63,838 bases of DNA. Source: Octopus bimaculoides. Lineage: Eukaryota. The first letter of the stretch is position 1. Every line of letters begins with the position of its first letter. Location of the stretch: positions 30,669,702 to 30,733,539 of the forward strand of contig NC_068981.1 in NCBI RefSeq assembly GCF_001194135.2, written 5' to 3'. A model generated the notes under the pieces. It ran no database searches, had not been told where the DNA came from, and was given only the letters and a program-made list of their open reading frames with translations. This document shows positions 27,776-39,745 of the stretch, piece after piece. Both the position numbers and the translations under genes were made by a program.

Positions 27776-27945
27776 TGTGTGTGTGTGTGTGATTTGCAGG
27801 AATAAAAGCTGAGTATCAAACGCCAACTGAATGCCTTAGAACTGGACCGAAATTTACTGTATTCAGGTGTGAACAGACTTCTGCCAAGGATTGATGACGT
27901 CAGCTAAGAACAGACCATTCAAATCCGTGGTATAAACATTGAGAC
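26864..27945 (+). mobile_element. Penelope-like element (Naiad-type) remnant, RT core deleted, (GT)n in the zinc-knuckle region
   Basis: Manual translation across frameshifts: MEKHEIMTSLKNI..QYIKHLIDKTENVLRRMKWKAYSF..YSFKS..KLIRNVKFSQNFNKFQ; KIFNRNTVKVSYRCLPKIGSIILNHNK; C-D-C-R-N-K-A-E-(Y)-(Q)-x-P-x-E-C-L; FKS-R/W-YKH. These fit my recollection of Naiad-clade motifs (YSLKNIP, IKRMRWKA, KIFNRNTVKVSYSCMPN, CNCR..CP..G.CL). Confidence 0.75.
27692..27791. repeat. (GT)n microsatellite (~100 bp) within the Penelope-like remnant
   Basis: Read directly. Confidence 0.95.
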
Positions 27946-28600
27946 CTTGTTTTTATCAGTAGCTAGCGAAAACACAATAAATACAGCAGATGCTTAACTC
28001 ATTAGAACGCCAATTATTGTAAACACTGTATTAAAATGTGATTAAAAATTTTGTCTTTGGCGCCTTTGATTTCATTGATCATGGCTATACGCAGATGGTT
28101 TACCTCGTAACTGGTAAGTGGTCCTGATAAGGCTAACATGAACTTACAGCAGAGTCTTACGCCGCTCAACAACGACTACAAAATTCGACGATTTCAACAG
28201 TTCAATACCATTGCTGACACACATTTCACTGATATACACGAATCGAACTAACTCAGTGTAAATATCCTTCTTCTGTCATTGTCGTAATATTTATTGTTTA
28301 AATAAATATTATCTGAAGTTTGGTGATGCAAACAGGTAAATAGAACTCAAAACAAAAAGTATTTATGCTGTTTTTCTCTTGATAATCGGCTGAAATTACA
28401 GAGTGTTTGAGGGGCCAAGAGTTTGGTGTATTGGAAACACACGAAACTCTCGACCCTTGATTCACTCGTTAACTTCTGGCAATTATTAATAAAAAAAAAC
28501 GTATACATACTATATAGAAATGTACACACACCCACACTTACACACCCACGGCCACACTCCCACAACCACGCCCACACAAACATACACATATATATGCACG

Positions 28601-28638
<38 letters not shown>

Positions 28639-29602
28639 AACGAATAAGACACATTGCCTAAACTTTACAAAAACAATAACAGCTTATAAAATAATGAGAT
28701 AAGACAAGGAAGAAAAAATACAAATAAGAAGCAATAAATTATAGTGAAATGAACATTAAATATTGATAAGACAGCTTCAAATGAATAAATTATGAAATAA
28801 CTTTGAAACATTTATAAGACACATTGAGAGTTAAAAAACACTAGAATTTTTTAAGTACTTTCTTTTGTGTCAGAAATACTTTCTCTTGTCTTAGGTTTAT
28901 CCTATCTTATTCAATTTATATATACATTATCTCTTCTATTTCTCCAATGTGTCTTTTCTAATATAAAACAGTTGAGTTTATTTGAGTGATATGTGGTTGC
29001 TATTTCTAGCAGATGGAATGATTATGCAGAGCGTTACTCCACGGGAAATAATTCATCTCTCGCAATTACTCCTGCGGTGTAATGCGCACTGACATGAGAT
29101 AGTTGTCCCTATAGTATGAATCTGTTATTGAGCATATCTTATGTTAGTTTTATCAGCCACATTCTTCTATGCTGGCTTAGGGCATATTGGCAGAAAATAT
29201 TAATTTTGGAATTTTCTTTCTCCTAGAATAATTTCTTTCGTCGCAGCTAAGGAAACCAATCTACCCTTACAAAAAATTATGTAAATCGTAGATGGGACTC
29301 TGACAGTTACTACCGTTCCATGTCGGAACAAACCTAGGGGTAATGGTAATTAAGGGTGAGTCCTCATTCGCTACGACACTAGAACTCCCGAATTGGACCC
29401 TCACTACCTGATGCAGTTTAATGCCAAAGTCAGGACAATGCTTAACAGCGGTTAAATTTCACTGCTTAATGGCTGTTGAGACGCTTGAATGGTGATGGCA
29501 GTATAAATTCAGTAGTGATTAGAATGGCGGAGCTCAGCTGTGGCTGTGATGAAACAACTATCTTCTTCCTTTTTTTTTTTTGCAATATCAAAATTTGTAT
29601 TT

Positions 29603-29780
29603 AAGGCGGCGAGATGGCAGAATCGTTAGCACGCCGGGCAGAATGCTTAGCAGTATTTTCTTCGTCTATACAACGCGAGTTCAAATTCCGCCGTCGAGGT
29701 CAACTTTGCCTTTCATCCTTCCGAGGTCGATAAAATAAGCACCAGTTCGACGCTGGGGTCAATCTAATTGACTGACCCCT
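29603..29780 (+). mobile_element. tRNA-derived SINE family A
   Basis: AAGGCGGCGAGATGGCAGAATCGTTAGCACGCCGGGC..GAGTTCAAATTCC..CTTTGCCTTTCATCCTTCCGAGGTCGATAAAATAAGCACCAG. Confidence 0.88.
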
Positions 29781-30032
29781 TGAGTTTATTTGAGTAATAT
29801 GTGGTTGCTGGCCTTGTGGCAAAATTTGAAACCAGTATCAAAGTTGGTATTTTTTTATGGTTTGGAATCTATTTCAGAAGTAAAAGTTTTTTAGATTATA
29901 TATTCTCTTACATAAGTATTATATTTTGTCGATATTAAGACATAAGAATAACAATATTTACATTGTACATTACACATACAATCCTTGCACTACTAGTCTC
30001 TTACACACAAGCACACTCGCACACACACACAT

Positions 30033-30076
<44 letters not shown>

Positions 30077-31733
30077 AATATATTTCGTGGTTACCACTTT
30101 GAGTTTTATTTTTTTTCTAATTTCAAATGTTACTTTTACTTCAATGCTAACGAAAATACAATTTAAAAGTAAAAATCAAAAATGAAACGCAAAAGATGCT
30201 AAATGTAAAAAATTAATGGGGATGGGAAACATGTAGTGTACACGTGTGCTCATAGAAACATTATATTGTACCAATGTTATTACATAAGACTAAGTACATA
30301 CATACATACATACATCGTAGGGAATCTTTGAAAGGTGTGTAGGTAAAAATAGAGGTAGTTATTATAGCGAAAGAAAAGCAAAAAACAAAAACAAAAAAAA
30401 AACAGAAATCCCATGTAGATCTTCCTGAACTACCGTAACGAATCACCATTTATTTTCGATTTTATATCGCGTGGTGAAATTAAGGACACCCAGGAAATTT
30501 CTATATGCATGTGAGAATTTTTTTTCTTTTACCTAGCTATGCCATATATAATAATGCAATAATGACGAGAAAGTTCACTGTTTCCAAACAATTTTAACGT
30601 GGCAGTTGATTAACTGGAGGAGAACGGTCATTGCGCCAGCAGCAAATAACCCGGTGCGCAAATGATGTTGCGCTTCAATCCGTTTGCCATATGATCCTTT
30701 TTCTCTCATGTATTCATAATTTCATGGTCCTGAAACTGTAATGGATTGTGTTTTGCTTTGTGACAGTATAACCTAAACCCGAGACATATTGTTTTATTTT
30801 ATTTTATTTTTCATTTTTTTTTACTGAAAACTTATAAGTCACCTATATTTGACCTACAGTTAGTAGGAGACAAAAATATCTTCGAAGATAAAGGCTTTTG
30901 CTTCATCTTCAGATAAATTCAGTAAGAAAAAAAAACAAGCAAAATAAAAAAAACAAAACCTATGAAAACTAACAAAAAGACAAAAAATCGTTTAATAAAC
31001 GTCTGATGCCCACAGCTATTTCACACTGAATTTTATGCTTACCTGCATTCTTACTATCTACTTTTAATATACTTCCCCGCTAGCAGAACTTTGAAATCAA
31101 GAATTGTCTAGTAGAGAATGCGATCTTAATTGTTTTTTTTTCTTTTGGATGTTTTGTTTCGTAATTTTTGTTCTTTTATTCATAACAATCCCATCTTCTG
31201 ATATTGCATTAATGTAAGAAAAAAGCAATTAAACTTTGTTTGCTATCAATACAAGTTTGAAACGAATATAGCCGAAATCTACAAAACTTTAAGACAAAAA
31301 ATAATGTTTGTTGGTATATGCCCAACGGAAATAGAAAATTAAAATCCTGTTCTCAACGGAGTTATACGAGATTGTGTTATGTTTTTATTATTATTATTAT
31401 TATTATTTATAGTTTAAAGTGTGTCTTGCAACAAGAAAAAAAAATCAATTTCATATGGTGAGTTTAATATTTTTTTATGTACTATTAATATATTTCACTA
31501 GACCACAATTTAAAAACATATTTCAAAGTTAACTATCAGACTAAAACATTAAAACGAAACGAAAATTATTTAAAAATAAAACCCAGTGAACGCGAGAGCA
31601 AGTAATTGTAAAGAAACAACGGTAGATCATCGGATCGAAATGATTTACTGTGGCAACACTCACACAGAGTTGATCCCCTATTGAGTATGTGTTTAAATTC
31701 TGCAAGGGTGGACATTGCCTATCATGAATATTC

Positions 31734-31766
<33 letters not shown>

Positions 31767-31811
31767 TGTATGTATGTATGTATGTATGTGTGTATATAAC
31801 TATATAGGTCT

Positions 31812-32030
31812 AGGTGTGGCTGTGTGGTAAGAAGTTTGCTTCTCAGCCACATGGTTCCGGGTTCAGTCCCACTACATGGTATCTTAGACAAGTGTCTTCT
31901 ACTATAGCCTCGGGCCGATCACACCTTCTGAGTGCAACTGGTAGGCAAAAACTAAAAGATGCCCATCGTATATAAATATGCTGGGACATAAATGCACCAG
32001 CACCGGTTGTCAAGCGGTTATAGAGCATCA
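31812..32030 (+). mobile_element. tRNA-derived SINE family C, partial
   Basis: GGTGTGGCTGTGTGGTAAGAAGTTTGCTT..GGTTCAGTCCCAC..CAAGTGTCTTCTACTATAGCCTCGGGCCGA; matches 43319. Confidence 0.82.
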
Positions 32031-35000
32031 ACAGACTCAGAGATACACAAGCTCTGTGTATTATAAAACTAGGTGACTTGTTCTTCGTCATGTTACATCT
32101 ATGGCTAAATTTAAACGTCGCATTGCAATTTAGTGATATATACAAACAGATTATATGTCATCATCTCTTACAAGTTTACCTACCGTGTGGACTGAGCTAG
32201 TTTTGATGTAATTTGACGCGAGGACGCAAAGTAACTTACCTGTTGAGATAACATTCTTCAGCCAGATAGGCTGCCATGAATTTCTGTCAAGTTATACATA
32301 CATGCATACATGCATAAATAAAAAACATACATACATATAGACAGATATGAATCCATACATGCAAATATATATATACTCAAATATGCATGCCAGTATACAT
32401 ACAGGTATGCATACAAAAGGAAATACATTATATAAGGAAATAAGTTGAAAGGATAAGTGTTATAAATTAGAAAAAGAGAGTTAAGCATAATAAATTGTTA
32501 TTGTGGTGATTAGGACACATGCCTTTCTATTATGAGACTAAACCGTCTGCAACCCCTTAATGCTACCGGTGTACAGCTGCATAATTTCGGTGGTACTGTT
32601 TCAAAGAGTAACCCTTACTACTTCATGGTCTTCCTATCATACCAGCGTTACAACGTTGACGCATTTTGGAAAGTGTAACCCTAAGAGTACGTGGCTACAC
32701 ATAAGCCACTTTCTACACTGAGAAATTATTTTCTCTGCAGAATGTCGTGACGACGATAACATCCAACGCGTTGTTCATCGATGCTACATTTGTCAAAGTT
32801 TAAAGCCACGATACTATTCTCGCCTTGAATGCCCACTCATCTGTTCTATGCGTTCCTTTAACCGAGTAACGATTGATTTTAAGGATACGTAACCTTCGTC
32901 TTCAAATAATTAGTATCTATCAATTGTTGTGACTTCATATTCCATTTATCCGATTGATTTCTTCTTCCTACGCATTTCTTTATCGACTGACGTTTCTTGC
33001 TAGATTACATTATTTTCTGTTTTCGATTTACTTAGTTTATTACTCAAATCGAATGTCTTCTTTCTTATCTTCGGAGCTGAAAATTTTCTTGATTGACAGA
33101 GGTGTCATAGAAAGCTTTTAACCTACCGGAAATATGTAATGTGAGTGTTGTGTTGGTATCGTTGGAAACCTGTGAGTTTAGATTAAGGATAATCTATCTA
33201 ATCACACATGGAATATTACTTCTACTGGTTCTTCTGTATTCGGTGAGACACATGATGTCAACATTTCATTTACGTTTCTACACTTTCCGTACAAAAACTG
33301 GCTACAAGAATGTGCATGGCAATCTACCCCCCTTCTCCAGGAAGCTTCTGTTAAGGAAGTAAAACCCTAATAATCGCGAGACCCTTTAGAGAAGTGGCTG
33401 AACTAGTGGGATCGAAAATCCAGTACGCTACACACGTTCCCTCAGTACCCGAACGATACCGAAGTACGAAGGTGTTTGTGCATGCGTGTGTGTGTATGTG
33501 TGTGCGTGTGTAGGGGTGTGTGTGTGCGTGTGTGCGTCTCTGTCTTTGGACAGAAGTCATACTGGGGCGCGGACTTGAAGTGTTTGATCTAAAAAACTCT
33601 ACTTATTTTTTAAGTGTATCGGTCTATTTTGTCGTAGCGCTATTCTCGTGGACGCAAATAAACGAACATCGGTTGCCAAGTGGTAGCGGGACAAGTACAA
33701 ACACAAGATCGCACACACGCACATACATACGCGTGCTCATACGCACACATGTGTGTGTGTGTCTGCTTTCTGTGTATGTATGTAAGAATGTGGTTGCGTT
33801 TATCTATGTACATTTGTGCTGACGTCTAGTTAGGGTTATGTTTATAATGTATCTTTGTATTTTAATAAATATGTAAGAAAGATGAAGACTACATATGACC
33901 TTTGCAAAGCCCCATCAAATAGATGACGTCTGAATGCTTCTAACGTAATAAGTTACTTTAAAAGTACCGAGAGACCAGATGGTGGAGATAACATGCATGT
34001 AATTTTTCTCTAATTAGATACTGCACGTTTCTGTTCAAGGATCGGTTAATTCCAAATTCTAAAATATAAAAAAAAAGTATAATTTGAATAGAAATAAAAC
34101 AAAAAATAAATGTAAAATAAAAAAAAATGTGAATTTTGATATATTTTATAAACATTAAAAAATGGTGCTAACAAAATTAAATTGATTTTTGTCATAATAT
34201 TTTTTTTACAATTTCAATTATTATATCTACTGCTTCTTCTCTCTTGACGGACTTGATCATATTTTCAGTTTCAATACAGGACAGTATATTTTTCGTTAAA
34301 TTGCAAATAAACCATTTTTGATGATGTTACGCAGTGCATAATTCATCGATTCAACATTAGGTAAAAATAGAAGTGAACTAGCTAAACCGCCATTTTCCAA
34401 ACTATTCATATATCATTATTTTCATGTTCTCTCTAGTTATTGTTGTTAGTTTGATTATTATTGCCACTGTTACTTCGTTGCTGCTGTTGCACTTGTTGTT
34501 GTTGTTGTTGGGCTTCTTTCTTTTCTGTCGTATATTTTATTTACTGATTATAAGAAAAATCTAACAAAAAGTGAAAGAGAAAAAAAGCAGGGCGTGAATG
34601 AGGTGAGTGTTTAGTGCAAGTCCCTTTAGTTCTAAGAAAATATTGATAATTGTAATAACAGCAACAATAAAGATAATATGACGTCGATACAACAACAACA
34701 ACAACAACAACAACAATAGCAGTAACAACGGAATGAAAGTATTGAGGAGAAAAATCAGAAAAGCGAAAGGACGAATATCATACAGGCGAAGGTGAATATC
34801 AAGGGAAAAAAAACTGATGATTTATCATCTAATTATACTTATTTGTAAGAATAAATATTAATTAAAAGTGGAAGTGAGAACGTGCATATAACAATGTCGT
34901 ACAGGGCAAAAACATACAAATAGATAAGTCCATATGTACACATACAACCGTGCGCGCACACACACATACACACAAGCACACACATAAGAAATTTGATCAA

Positions 35001-35194
35001 ACAGTATCGAGACTACTGCTATAGTAACGAAGCTAAAGTACGCAGGGCGAAGATTAATCTTGAACTCTGTCACACATGCGCACTAAGAACATTCTTGCTC
35101 ACTTCCGATGCTAATAGCAATACTCAGAAGTAAAGTGTGTAGAGTGTGGTCATCTCACCACACTACAGAGGTTCCATCAGTGATCATAGCAGAG

Positions 35195-35444
35195 AAACTT
35201 GAGCAGCGAATCTGCATCAACAAGATTTCAAAGCGTCAAGGAAATCCAAAAGAATGCGACGAGGCCCCGCTGCTCGCTATCTGAAAAAGGATTTCCGGAA
35301 ATGCTTCCGTCAATGGAAACGACGCTGGATAAAATGTGTTGCTTCAGAAGAGCATTATGTAGAAGGAGGTAACATGCTGAATTCATATGTGTTGCAGGTT
35401 TCTTTTTATAGCACCAGTTCTCATACGTTTTTGATCAGACCTCG
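35195..35444 (+). mobile_element. Mariner internally deleted remnant
   Basis: N-terminal KLEQRICI joined to C-terminal FRKCFRQWKRRWIKCVASEEHYVEGG; right TIR TTTTTGATCAGACCTCG. Confidence 0.7.
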
Positions 35445-35478
35445 CATGAGCATACACACACGCACACGCACGCACACA

Positions 35479-35532
<54 letters not shown>

Positions 35533-35629
35533 GAGGGTGCGGTAAATAAATTATCGTGGAAATTACGCAAGAATGAAAATAATACTGACATCTCATTTTT
35601 ATAGACATATTCTCCAAAAGTACATAAAA

Positions 35630-35715
35630 ATATCTTGAAATACTAAAGAGTAAATTTATTCAATACAATCGCCATTGGCTTCAACCACGGCATCCAGACG
35701 ACCGGAGCTTCCTAT
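35630..35715 (-). mobile_element. Possible Tc1/maT transposase extreme C-terminus
   Basis: Minus strand GTGGTTGAAGCCAATGGCGATTGTATTGAATAA = VVEANGDCIE*. Confidence 0.4.
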
Positions 35716-37505
35716 GCGAACGCCAAGCAGTACAGCATAACGTCTCCTTGTTTAAGTTGGTGAATGCTACCAATAAGCCTAGGATGAACAAATGCTAGGT
35801 TCCCCTGACTACCAAGTAAAAAAAACTTCCAATGTTTCCTGTCCTACTAAAAGTAAGTCCATTCCGCCGTGCCAGGCATCTCACTTTTACCTAACTTTCA
35901 GTAATTTTACTGGATGGAAGTGCTTCTCTTTCCACTTATGTTTAGCTTCCACTTTCAATTGTACTTGAAGAAGTTAGTGAAGAACTTATTTCATTCCTTT
36001 AGGAGAGGTAATGAATGTCAAAATCTAGCATTTTCTTTAACCTGAAGTCATTCGATCTGATTATTTACTGATGGATATCTCTGATCATAGCAAAATAAAA
36101 TCAGAGAATTGACGTTGTTTTAAGTAGTGGTTCTATTTATTTTATCTTGATTTCATTTAAAAAATGCAGAAAACATGCAAGAAAGGGGAGGAAGATAGAA
36201 ATGAGAAGGAACAGACTGGGATATATATATAAAGAGAGAAAGGATAAGACAGAAATAATATATGATGAATATATAGACTAGAAGTAAAGAGTCTGAAGTG
36301 TGTGTATGTGGGAAAGGGTAGCTATATGTGAGATAATGTGAGTGAAAATGAAAATGAAAGTAAATGAAAAAAAGACAATGAATTAAAACGGTGAATGGTA
36401 CTAGAAGAGTGTAATAAAGGGCAGGTGAAAAAGCCAATGAGTTCATCATAAGCTTTCGTAATAGAAACTGTAGTTGCTGATTTATTGAGAAATTTATTCG
36501 CTTCATAATTGTAAAGAAAACGTCAACGGGAGGTAGCGCATGTTAAGAAGAGGTCAACTAGTGGAACTAATAATAATATACAGTTAACAGGTCTTCAATA
36601 AAATTTTAAAAAAAGTAAGCTATAGATTAAGCGAGAGAGAAATAATGAAAGATGTTGGGAGAGAGACAGAGATAGAGATAGAGATAGAGATAGAGTGAGA
36701 TAATTAGAAGGATATTGGGAAAGTGAATGAAGCGAGAGAGTGAAACAACGGAGTGGAAAGGTAATACGAGAAATAAAGAGAATCTAAGAACCGACGGTAA
36801 TATTTAAATGGGAAAAAGAAAATGATTAGGTATTTTTAAAATCCTGGATAATATGAAGAAATAGATAGGTGATAAAAGTGAGTGAGAAAGCAATTATGAG
36901 AACGTACAAAGGAGAGTGCGAAGGAGAGAGAAAGAGTGATAGAGAGAGCGAGAGAGAGCGAGAGTGATAGATAGACAGGAAGAGATAAAATACGTAAGAG
37001 AAATCAAAAATAAAACAAAAAGCAAATTATTGAAAGGTCAATCAGTAACAGCGTATTTAACAAAAAAATGAATTTCAAACTAAAAAAGTAGGAGAGAAAG
37101 AAATGTTTAATTAAGAAACTAGAGAAGGAGGAAACAAACAGATGAGGATATTCAAAAATATCCAACTATACGTAGACTAACTGGCACACAAATACACCAA
37201 AAACACACACACCACCATACATAACCGTATAAAACATACATACATACATACATACATAGAGATACATGCAAACATACATATGTATATGCATGCATGCATA
37301 TATATATATGTATACATGCATACACTCACATACATATATACATACATAGAATACATATATGCATACACACACACACAACACATATAAATGCGCGCGTGTG
37401 TGTATGTATGTATGTATGTATGTATGTATGTATATATACCCATATAAACCCCTGTGAATGAATATGTCCAAAATGTACTGACTTACAAATACGCCCGTAT
37501 TTATA

Positions 37506-37548
<43 letters not shown>

Positions 37549-38902
37549 NNNNNNNNNNNNNNNNNNNNNNNNNNNNNNNNNNNNNNNNNNNNNNNNNNNN
37601 NNNNNNNNNNNNNNNNNNNNNNNNNNNNNNNNNNNNNNNNNNNNNNNNNNNNNNNNNNNNNNNNNNNNNNNNNNNNNNNNNNNNNNNNNNNNNNNNNNNN
37701 NNNNNNNNNNNNNNNNNNNNNNNNNNNNNNNNNNNNNNNNNNNNNNNNNNNNNNNNNNNNNNNNNNNNNNNNNNNNNNNNNNNNNNNNNNNNNNNNNNNN
37801 NNNNNNNNNNNNNNNNNNNNNNNNNNNNNNNNNNNNNNNNNNNNNNNNNNNNNNNNNNNNNNNNNNNNNNNNNNNNNNNNNNNNNNNNNNNNNNNNNNNN
37901 NNNNNNNNNNNNNNNNNNNNNNNNNNNNNNNNNNNNNNNNNNNNNNNNNNNNNNNNNNNNNNNNNNNNNNNNNNNNNNNNNNNNNNNNNNNNNNNNNNNN
38001 NNNNNNNNNNNNNNNNNNNNNNNNNNNNNNNNNNNNNNNNNNNNNNNNNNNNNNNNNNNNNNNNNNNNNNNNNNNNNNNNNNNNNNNNNNNNTATGTATG
38101 TATGTATGTATGTATGTATGTATGTATGTATGTATGTATGTATGTATGTATGTATGTATCTATCTACCTACCTACCTGTCTATCTATGTATCTACCTACC
38201 TACCTACCTGTCTACCTATCTATCTATCCATCTATTTATCTATCTATCTATCTACTTACCTATCTATTTTTTTTATCTATCGCACACATTCTACACTCAC
38301 ATACACATGCATGCACGCATGCACCCATGCATCCATCCATCCATCCATCCCTACATCCATCCATCCATCCATCCATCCATCCATACATGCAAACACACAG
38401 ATATACATAAATAATAGCACACATACTGTTGCTCATACACACACATATATATACATATAAGCATACATTTTACAATAGTTCTTTGTCAAAAATACTAATT
38501 TTACTGCAGTGGTGTCAGTGAGTACACAAAATTTCCAGAATAATATTTTATTTTTCGAAAGAGCCATACAAATGCCAAGTGTAGCAGCAGCAGCAGTAGC
38601 AGCAGCGGCAGCAACAACAATAACTAATAGTATGGAATCGAATAAGGCAGCTGCAGCCGTATCGACAATACATAGCAACAGTTACAAAAACTACTTGATT
38701 TTTACACCATTGCAAACAATAATATTGAGTCGCTCTGCCGGTAACACTAACAACAACAACAGCATGAAATACAGAGCCAAAACAACAGCATCAGTAGCAC
38801 AATTGCTATTGTAAAAAGGAGGATAGGATGATGTGGACAAAATATTGGAGGCCAAAATATAAATATAATAATAATAATAATGATAATAATAATAATAATA
38901 AA

Positions 38903-39457
38903 TGCCTGGATACAGTACCAGGCAGTGGTTCTCATGGCTTCTGATCTTAATTGATTGGAGGTGCTATCACGTATATTGTTTTCTCTTAGTAAAAAAGATG
39001 GGCTACAGCAAATATTCTGCTTAATACCACAGATTTGGTTGTCAGTTGCTTGACCTTAACCAGCTGAGCATGTCCCTTAGTGGCTGACGATATGTGCATC
39101 TCTGATCAGGAACAGAAGTAGTTGGGGGGCATCATAGTCATGTGTTGAGAGGAATTCTTTGGGGTTTGAATAATTCACCTTTGGAAACATAGGTGTTTTG
39201 CTCAACATTCTTAAACAAACCTTATTCAGGGACTTTTTGAGCGGGATAGGCTACTCGACCTGAAGAAAATTCTAACTGGGCCCCAGCTGCGAGGTCATGC
39301 ACTGTTTATCTTGATATGAGATCACCATGTTGCGCACATATGGTTGTGATGCATGTGTCTGGTGTACCCTTATCAGACGGGTAGTCATGATGGGTATAAT
39401 GGTCTTCGTATATTTTACCCCAGTGTCACTTTGATGGCATGCACTGCTCTCTCACTC
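38903..39457. repeat. ~555-bp non-coding interspersed element inserted within an (AAT)n array
   Basis: (AAT)n on both sides (38862-38902 and 39458-39498); two more partial copies at 10950-11605; no recognisable ORF, TIR or tRNA head. Confidence 0.85.
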
Positions 39458-39464
39458 AATAATG

Positions 39465-39498
<34 letters not shown>

Positions 39499-39499
<1 letters not shown>

Positions 39500-39745
39500 G
39501 ACAAGTTAGCTTGGGAGGTTAAGCAGTTGTAGTCACTGAAAAAGGTTGTAGCACTAAAATTTGGGAACAGTGAGTAAAAATCTTGAGAAGTACATAGAAC
39601 AAATAGGGGCTGGAATAAGGGTGGAGTGGGGCACTTGCAGAAAACGATACTTCTTGGAACCGCTCGAATACTCCGGCTGGTACTCGAAAAATAAGGGGTG
39701 TTACCTCAGTTCACTGGTAGTGAACAGCTGACACCGTAGTACATC
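39499..39745 (+). mobile_element. RLE-type (R4/Dong-like) LINE 3' end
   Basis: Across frameshifts: DKLAWEVKQL*SLKKV..(ALG)TVSKNLEKYIEQIG..HLQKTILLGTARILRLVLEK* (stop 39692-39694), the characteristic RLE C-terminus (GALG..LQK..LLGTARILR.VL). Confidence 0.8.

Noticed and set aside
30620-30680. Three TGCGC motifs suggesting metal-response or C/EBP sites
   Set aside because: Only one fits TGCRCNC; not distinguishable from chance without conservation data.
38509-38814. Ala/Asn-rich ORF resembling a transcription factor low-complexity domain
   Set aside because: Made of GCA/AAC trinucleotide repeats with no domain or splice support.
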